A DNA stretch of 64,000 nt from a virus. Lineage: Duplodnaviria; Caudoviricetes. Positions 57,705-64,000 of this stretch are shown here, one piece after another. Below the pieces are notes generated by a model that worked only from the letters and a program-made list of their open reading frames with translations, was not told where the DNA came from and searched no databases. A program made the translations under genes and the position numbers. Positions within the stretch are counted from its first letter, which is position 1, and every line of letters starts with the position of its first letter. The stretch lies in IMG/VR virus record IMGVR_UViG_2854078061_000001, positions 1-64,000 of that record; one strand, written 5' to 3'.

Positions 57705-59227
57705 TGGCTGAAGATAAAATGCAGAAAAAGGTCCGCGTAACAAATGCCAAAGATGGCAAGACCTCTTATGTAACATATCAGGATCTTGTCAATGGCGTTT
57801 ATGCGAACCTGTCACATATCGGTATCCGTAATCTGGCATCGAATACCGACACAAATCCGACATATACAAAATATACGAAAGATCAGATCGTCACCTATCT
57901 TGGCAACCCCGCCAACTATGAGAAGCAGCTGCGAAATATGAGTAAATATCTATTCAATATTTCAAACTACTATCGCCGACTGATTCAGTATTTTGCGAAT
58001 ATGTCTACATATTCTTACACGATTTCTCCGTATGGACTTGATCGCTCTAAGACAATTAACGCCAATAAATTTAAGAAGGCGTATTATTCTGCTGTAACAG
58101 CAGTTGAGCTGATGAATATCCCGCACGAAGCCACGAAGATACTGACAATTGCATTCCGCGATGACGTTTACTATGGCTATGCGTGGGAGACAAATGACAG
58201 TTTTGCTTTTCAAAATCTTGATGCAGACTATTGTAAAATAAGCAGCATTGAGGACGGCGTTTATAACTTTGCTTTTGATTTTTCTTATTTTGATTCCAAC
58301 AAAGACAAGCTGCCCAACTATCCGCCAGAGTTTGAGACGATGTATAACCAATATAAGGCTGACTCGCAGAACTACAAGTGGCAGGAGCTGGACAGTTCCA
58401 AGTCCATTTGCATCAAAGTAAACGAGCACGATTATATCCCCATTCCCCCGTTTGTGAGTTTGTTTAGTGCGCTTGCCGATATTGAAGACTACCGTGCCAT
58501 CAGTAAAAACGCAAGTGAGACCAATAACTATAAGGCGCTGGCAATGGAGATCCCAGTGAATGATACTGACGGCTCTTTCCTGATCGACTATGATACAGCA
58601 AAAGAGTTCTATGACATGATGAGTAATGTACTGCCGTCGAATATTGGCGCAATTCTTACTCCCATGAAAATCAGCAGCTAGAACTTTGAAAAGAGCGGCG
58701 TGAACAGTGACTCTAAAGAGGTCGCAAATGCTGAGGCCGCATTCTTTACAAGCGCTGGCGTGAATAAAAATCTGTTCGGCGGTGGCGAAGATCCTTCTGC
58801 TACTACCCTGCAGCTGTGTACTGTGAATGACCAGGAGATCGTGTTTGCAGTGATGCGACAGTTGGAACGCTGGATCAATCGCAAGCTGAAGAGCGTTTCC
58901 AGTTCTTATAGGTTCCGCCTAAACTTTCTACCAGTTACTCATTATAACGTGACTGAGATGCATGAAAGATATCTCAAGGATGCCACCTATGGTATGCCGA
59001 CTCGAACCGCAGCTCTTGCAACTACTGGTTATGCGGGTAGCGATTATGAGAACATGACTTATCTTGAAAATGAAATCTTGAGACTTAGTGCTGGTGAAAC
59101 ACCGCTCAAGAGCTCCAATACTCAGTCCGGTTCCGCCGGGGATGAAGGTGGCCGCCCAACAAATGCAAGTAAGGGCGAGGGCCTGTCTGATGCTGGCAAT
59201 GTAAGCGCCGATAGACAGGAGGCATAA
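57704..59227 (+). CDS. Portal protein (in-frame TAG at 58679)
   Basis: Position after terL, ~507 aa, ends with GGRP motif typical of SPbeta-like portals. Confidence 0.78.
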
Positions 59228-59228
59228 G

Positions 59229-59444
59229 ATGAGTCAGGAGATTTATGAAGTTATCGTACACGGAGCACACTCCGCCGGGATGGCAAAGTTCCTGACCGAC
59301 CGTGGCGCTCTGATGCTACGAATAGACCCAACAAACAAGTATGTTTTTGTATACGATTCTGTGTTTGAAAATGCTCTGGCTGAGTTGCAGGTTGCGATTC
59401 GCCAGGGCTTTTATTTTGCTGACGAGGAGGTGAAAACAGAATGA
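59229..59444 (+). CDS. Hypothetical protein
   Basis: ORF in head operon. Confidence 0.55.
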   Translation: MSQEIYEVIVHGAHSAGMAKFLTDRGALMLRIDPTNKYVFVYDSVFENALAELQVAIRQGFYFADEEVKTE

Positions 59445-61084
59445 ATCAACGATATCCGGTTTCTTTTATTAAGAAGGGCGAATACGAATCTTCTGATTTT
59501 CGCTTCATTGATGTCAGCATTGATGTAATGCACACTGGAGCAAACCTCAATAAGACAAGTTTCACAAAAGACGCGATCAACAAAGCAGTACCGACAATCC
59601 GTAATACGCCGATCCTGGGCTACGTTGTAGATGAACTTGACGAGGAAGACAAGGACTTTAAAGGACATGAACATGAACTGCGGATCACCGACAAAGACGT
59701 GAAGTACGTCTATGCTGGTCAAGCTTATGGTGTTATCCCTGAATCTTGTAATCCTCGCTGGATCGTTAAGGATGACGGCACCGGTATTGAACGGGAGTAT
59801 TTGCGTGTTGATGGTTTGATTTGGACAAAATTTAGCGATCCTGTAGATATTTTTACCCGCGATGGTACGAAGAATCACAGTGTTGAGCTGACCGATATGG
59901 CTTGTGGCCCCGCAGATAAGAACGGCAACGTTCCTGTGGGGTCTTTTAAATTTGACGGTTGCTGCATTCTGTCTACGACTGATCCGAGTATCAAGCCCGC
60001 TATGACAGGCAGCTGCGTTACTGCCAATTTTTCTGTTGAAGATATTACTGCTCAGATCCGCGATCGGCTCTATGAGTATCAAGCAATTCAGCAGAACTAT
60101 ACTGCGCAAAATGATAATCCATCCGATGAGGAGAAAGGAGATACAACGCCAATGAATGAAAATGAAATTAAGACTCCTGGCGTCGAGGAGAATCAGGTTC
60201 CTGCTGAGAACACGGTAGCCCCTACCGAACCAGCCGGGAATGAGGCTACTCCTCCCAATGAAAACACTGTGACTGAGCCTGCAGCGGCCCCCGCTGAGGA
60301 GAATGCCGCACCTACTACGGAACCCGAGCCTGCTCCTGCCGAGCCCGCCGGAACTGAGAATACTGCTCCTACCGAGAATGAGCCCGCTGCTGGTGCTGAG
60401 TTTACTCTAAGCGCCAATCAGCTTCGAGACGAAATTTATAATGCGTTGCTAAAAGTTCAGGTTCCTTCTCGATGGGATTCTGACTGTATGATTCCTAAGT
60501 ATTGGCTCACCGATATTCTGGACAGCGAGGTAATTGTGACCGATTCTGGCACGTATCAGCTAATGGGTATTCCCTACTCTATGAATGGCGACAATGTTGT
60601 TCTGGATTACGCGAATATTAAGCGTAAGAAAGTCACTTATGAGGATTGGGACGAGGGCGACGTGATGCCTGGCCTAATCACTATGTTCTCTACTTTGACT
60701 GATAAGCTTGTTGAACTGTCTGATAGCTTTACTAAGGCAGCCAATGAAGTTAGCGAAATCAAACCCAAGCTGGAGGCTTACCAGAAGGCTGAGGAAGATG
60801 CAGTCGTCGCAGCAGAAAAAGCTAAGCGTGATGAGCTGTTTTCTGTTATGGACGAGAAGCTTGGTGCAGATGCTGAGTATATCGCATTGAAGGAGAACAA
60901 GGAGATCAGCTACTCCGATCTGGAGACCAAGTGCTATGCGCTGGTTGGCCGCAAGAGTGCCGAGTTTTCTTATGTTCCCAATAAAAACAACAAAGGAACT
61001 GTCCGCTTTGGCGTGGGTGGCACCCAGAACGGTTCAGATGTCGCGTATGGTGGTCTGATCGAACACTATCTCGGCAATAAGTAA
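59441..61084 (+). CDS. Prohead protease/scaffold protein
   Basis: HTGANLN, HSVEL, CIL...PAM protease-like N-terminus; P/A/E/T-rich linker; coiled-coil C-terminus. Confidence 0.72.
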   Translation: MNQRYPVSFIKKGEYESSDFRFIDVSIDVMHTGANLNKTSFTKDAINKAVPTIRNTPILGYVVDELDEEDKDFKGHEHELRITDKDVKYVYAGQAYGVIPESCNPRWIVKDDGTGIEREYLRVDGLIWTKFSDPVDIFTRDGTKNHSVELTDMACGPADKNGNVPVGSFKFDGCCILSTTDPSIKPAMTGSCVTANFSVEDITAQIRDRLYEYQAIQQNYTAQNDNPSDEEKGDTTPMNENEIKTPGVEENQVPAENTVAPTEPAGNEATPPNENTVTEPAAAPAEENAAPTTEPEPAPAEPAGTENTAPTENEPAAGAEFTLSANQLRDEIYNALLKVQVPSRWDSDCMIPKYWLTDILDSEVIVTDSGTYQLMGIPYSMNGDNVVLDYANIKRKKVTYEDWDEGDVMPGLITMFSTLTDKLVELSDSFTKAANEVSEIKPKLEAYQKAEEDAVVAAEKAKRDELFSVMDEKLGADAEYIALKENKEISYSDLETKCYALVGRKSAEFSYVPNKNNKGTVRFGVGGTQNGSDVAYGGLIEHYLGNK

Positions 61085-61112
61085 TTTACCAAAAATTAGG
61101 AGGTACATAATT

Positions 61113-61625
61113 ATGGCTAATAATAAGCATGCTGTTGTGCGCATTGACAAGCTGGGTGGCACCCTGGATGGTGCTCAGCTGGAGAGTGCTATTTTCTACA
61201 AGGATTCCGATGCCGCTGAGATCGATAACGCTCAGCTGGTTGTTCTGGGCGAAAAGCTGGGTCGCGAGGTCTACAAGGCTACCGCTCCCACCGCAACTTC
61301 CACCGTTGCTGACCTGTATCTGACCGCTGGCGTCGAGCTGTTCTATGATCAGACCGTGGCACATTATCTGCCCGAGTGGGTCAATGAGGCTGGCAAGCCC
61401 GTGCGCGTTTACGCTCTGAATGTTTCTAAGGGTGGCTTCTCTGCTACTGCCGAGGCATTTAACGGCACCCCTGCAAAGGGCAAGTATGTCGGTTTTGCTG
61501 CCGATGACACCAAGATCCAGATTCAGGAGACTGCTGATGACAAGACCTTTGGCTGCATCGACTTTGTTGAGACTGTTGGTTTTGGCGATGGTCGCTATAC
61601 CTACTACATGATCACCCTGAAGTGA
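61113..61625 (+). CDS. Head decoration/stabilising protein (probable)
   Basis: Directly before the capsid gene; IDNAQLV motif; strongly biased codons. Confidence 0.6.
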   Translation: MANNKHAVVRIDKLGGTLDGAQLESAIFYKDSDAAEIDNAQLVVLGEKLGREVYKATAPTATSTVADLYLTAGVELFYDQTVAHYLPEWVNEAGKPVRVYALNVSKGGFSATAEAFNGTPAKGKYVGFAADDTKIQIQETADDKTFGCIDFVETVGFGDGRYTYYMITLK

Positions 61626-61652
61626 TTCCGAAGTTTTAAGAAATCAACATAA

Positions 61653-61684
61653 AGCCGTCCGTTTAAAGCGGGCGGCCATTTTTA
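61653..61684 (+). terminator. Hairpin/terminator between decoration and capsid genes
   Basis: GCCGTCCG...CGGGCGGC then T-tract. Confidence 0.5.
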
Positions 61685-61702
61685 TTATAGGAGGTTTATA
61701 CC

Positions 61703-62698
61703 ATGGCTATTGATTCTAATCTGGTCAAGCTGGCTCTCGATGGCTACAAGGGCCACGTTGCTGGTGATTATTCTGTGAACGACACCCAGGAGGCTCTGCG
61801 CAAGGCTCTGGTTGAGGCAAATGGCGGTTCCACCAAGCTGGACATTAAGGCTCTGCGTGATGGCAGCTGCTCCAAGGTGTTCGCTATTGTTGAGGAGCTG
61901 GTCAATGTTATTTCTGAGGAAGGTCTGAAGGGCGACGAGTTCTTTATGAACATGGTCGAGGACCGCAACCTGGCTCTGGGCGACACTCCCAAGTTCCACA
62001 TCGAGCGCGAGTGCCTGTTTGCTGTTGCCGATATCGCCGAGGGTACTCAGGGCGTGCGCCGTCAGCGTCTGGAAGCTGGTACTGACATCACCGTCAATAC
62101 TCAGCTGCACGCTATTAAGATCTACGAGGAGCTGAACCGTGTTCTGGCTGGCCGTATCGACTTTAACAAGTTTGTTGATATCGTTTCCAAGTCCTTCACC
62201 AAGGATGAGCTGGATTCTGCATATGCTGCATTCGTTGGCATGTTCAGCAAGCTGAATGCTCCCTACATTGAGACCGGCTCTTTTGACGAGGACAAGCTGC
62301 TGGACCTGATCGAGCATGTTGAGGCTTCTACTGGCGAGACCGCTGTGATTGTTGGCACCCGTAAGGCTCTGCGTCAGATCAAGACCGCCGTTGTGTCTGA
62401 TTCCGCCAAGGAAGATATGTACGCAATGGGTCACTTTGGCCGCTTCAATGGTACTGAGCTGATTGCTGTGAAGCAGCGTCACGCTACCGGTACCACCGAT
62501 TTCATCCTGGATGACAAGACCCTGTACGTTTTTGCTGGCGACACCAAGCCCATTAAGCGCGTTACCGAGGGTGATGTCACTATGCTGATGGGCACCCCGA
62601 TGAACAACGCCGATATGAGCCAGGAGTTCCTGATGATGAAGCGCACTGGCATTGCCATTGTGTTTGATCGTGACTTCGGCGCATACAAGATGGCCTAA
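61703..62698 (+). CDS. Major capsid protein
   Basis: 331 aa after scaffold; highly biased codons; YEELNRVLAGRIDF motif. Confidence 0.8.
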   Translation: MAIDSNLVKLALDGYKGHVAGDYSVNDTQEALRKALVEANGGSTKLDIKALRDGSCSKVFAIVEELVNVISEEGLKGDEFFMNMVEDRNLALGDTPKFHIERECLFAVADIAEGTQGVRRQRLEAGTDITVNTQLHAIKIYEELNRVLAGRIDFNKFVDIVSKSFTKDELDSAYAAFVGMFSKLNAPYIETGSFDEDKLLDLIEHVEASTGETAVIVGTRKALRQIKTAVVSDSAKEDMYAMGHFGRFNGTELIAVKQRHATGTTDFILDDKTLYVFAGDTKPIKRVTEGDVTMLMGTPMNNADMSQEFLMMKRTGIAIVFDRDFGAYKMA

Positions 62699-62717
62699 TC
62701 GATAATTTGAGTTGAAT

Positions 62718-62750
62718 GGCGGTGGGGCAACAGCCCTGCCGCTTCTTTTA
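62718..62750 (+). terminator. Intrinsic terminator after capsid gene
   Basis: GCGGTGGGGC-AACA-GCCCTGCCGC-TTCTTTT. Confidence 0.7.
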
Positions 62751-62767
62751 TTAAATAGGAGGAACGA

Positions 62768-63283
62768 ATGGCAAGACGTACAACTAAGACTACCGCCGCG
62801 AAAGCCGCTGCTCCCGTGGTGACTGAGCCTGTAGTCGAAATTACAAATGAGACCATGGTGGAGTGCCGCAATGGCACAGCTGGTAATCTGATTTATAAAT
62901 CCACCTTGAATCCCGGCTATACCGTTGAGTGGGAGGCTTTTGGCGATGTTCAGGAAATGGAGTATCGCGAGCTGGTTTCTATGCGCGGTAATCAGCGCCG
63001 GTTCTTTGAGGAAAATTGGATTTTGATCGATGATCCCGCCATTATCAAGAAGCTTGGCGTTGAGCGCTATTACAAAAATAGTCTGACCACCGACAACTTC
63101 AATGACGTGTTTACAATGCCCGCCGATGAGATTAAGAAGATCGTCCCGACACTGCCGGGCGGCACCAAGGATGCGATTGCATCTGAGGCTAAGAAAAAGA
63201 TCGAAACCGGTGAGCTGGACAGCCGCAGTGCGATTAAGGCGCTGGAGGACTCCCTGTCTGTTGAGTTGGAAGACACAATTTGA
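62768..63283 (+). CDS. Phage head-associated hypothetical protein
   Basis: GGAGG RBS; position after capsid. Confidence 0.6.
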   Translation: MARRTTKTTAAKAAAPVVTEPVVEITNETMVECRNGTAGNLIYKSTLNPGYTVEWEAFGDVQEMEYRELVSMRGNQRRFFEENWILIDDPAIIKKLGVERYYKNSLTTDNFNDVFTMPADEIKKIVPTLPGGTKDAIASEAKKKIETGELDSRSAIKALEDSLSVELEDTI

Positions 63284-63300
63284 TGTAAAGGAGGCGGGTC

Positions 63301-63735
63301 ATGGCAACCACTTTTGAAAGTATCTATGCCCGCTGTCGTGGGCGCATTCGAGATTATGATAAGGAAGGATATACTGACGAGATGTTTGCAGATGCAGAGA
63401 GCGACCTGCTTCAGGCCGCCATTGATGATTTTGCTGACATTTGCGTGCAAGACCTGACTGACTATGATGATGAGTTGCAGCAGTTCAATGTTACTCTGAC
63501 CCGCAAGGAACAGAGTATTCTGGCGTTGAGCATGATTGTACATTGGCTTGAGCCGTATGTTTACAACTCTGACGCTTTGAAGAACGCTATGAGCACTAAG
63601 GACTTTTCTTTCTTCTCCCCTGCTAAGCTACTTGAGCAGATGAAAGACCTTTTGACGCAGTCGCAGCGTAAATTGACTGCTGAGATGAACTTGTATTCCT
63701 TTAAGTCAAACAGTGTTTCTGAATGGACACAGTAA
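63301..63735 (+). CDS. Head-tail adaptor-like protein
   Basis: MATTFESIY start; position; helical acidic protein. Confidence 0.55.
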   Translation: MATTFESIYARCRGRIRDYDKEGYTDEMFADAESDLLQAAIDDFADICVQDLTDYDDELQQFNVTLTRKEQSILALSMIVHWLEPYVYNSDALKNAMSTKDFSFFSPAKLLEQMKDLLTQSQRKLTAEMNLYSFKSNSVSEWTQ

Positions 63736-63746
63736 GGCGGTGGGAT

Positions 63747-64000
63747 ATGACAAGATCTCAATATAGAGCCATGCTGAAACAGGATGGAGAGACGCAGCGC
63801 GACAGGGTGGTCAATAAGGCACTCCATGATACGCGCTTTTTAGCGCCAGTCAATCCTTCTTATAAAGAAGTAACGATAGATGACGTACCCCGCTGGGTAA
63901 ATATTATATCATCTACTGTTACAAACCAGAAAATATTCCGCACAAGACCTGGTGAGGATTTTGAGATCGGCAGCATTATGTACTGGGGTAAGAGCCACTG
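63747..64000 (+). CDS. Structural protein, truncated by window end
   Basis: ATG at 63747, frame open to the end. Confidence 0.55.
   Translation, partial: MTRSQYRAMLKQDGETQRDRVVNKALHDTRFLAPVNPSYKEVTIDDVPRWVNIISSTVTNQKIFRTRPGEDFEIGSIMYWGKSH

Larger units (their letters stand above)
3001..64000. mobile_element. Large SPbeta-like prophage/phage segment (continues beyond window)
   Basis: Dense small ORFs, tRNA cluster, YonO-like RNAP, terminase, portal, scaffold and capsid. Confidence 0.9.

Noticed and set aside
44222-59227. Random pseudogenisation of a dead prophage
   Set aside because: All ten lesions are TAG, one per gene, with no frameshifts or TAA/TGA nonsense in this arm; disfavoured but not formally excluded
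60150-60400. Repeat element in the scaffold gene
   Set aside because: Explained by the low-complexity P/A/E/T protein linker

Overview
Positions 1-~3000 are the end of a Firmicutes integrative element (sigma-4 HTH, small ORF, large serine recombinase). The remaining ~61 kb is part of a large SPbeta-like temperate phage, probably of a gut Clostridia/Oscillospiraceae host (inferred from gene content and RBS/codon style). Its leftward (- strand) accessory arm spans 3-43 kb and its rightward (+ strand) late arm starts at 44.2 kb (PhoH, YonO-like RNA polymerase, terminase, portal, protease/scaffold, capsid). Four signals stand out. (1) A retron-type reverse transcriptase is accompanied by four dispersed msr/msd-like ncRNAs. 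These share a covarying msr fold but have unrelated msd bodies rich in restriction-site words, and the RT sits directly downstream of a Ubl-E2-JAB-E1 ubiquitin-like operon. (2) Ten late-arm genes, including the RNAP, terminase and portal, each carry exactly one in-frame TAG, several in Trp-like contexts. This points to amber read-through, probably TAG=Trp. (3) Nineteen small proteins, many of them unrelated, share a C-terminal C-x-C-x-x-L-L tag. (4) An extended NAD-rebuilding cluster contains Prs-like, NAMPT-like, macro, NadE and PncA genes. There is also a tRNA/ncRNA cluster with several atypical structured RNAs. All calls come from reading the sequence by eye; no database searches were run.
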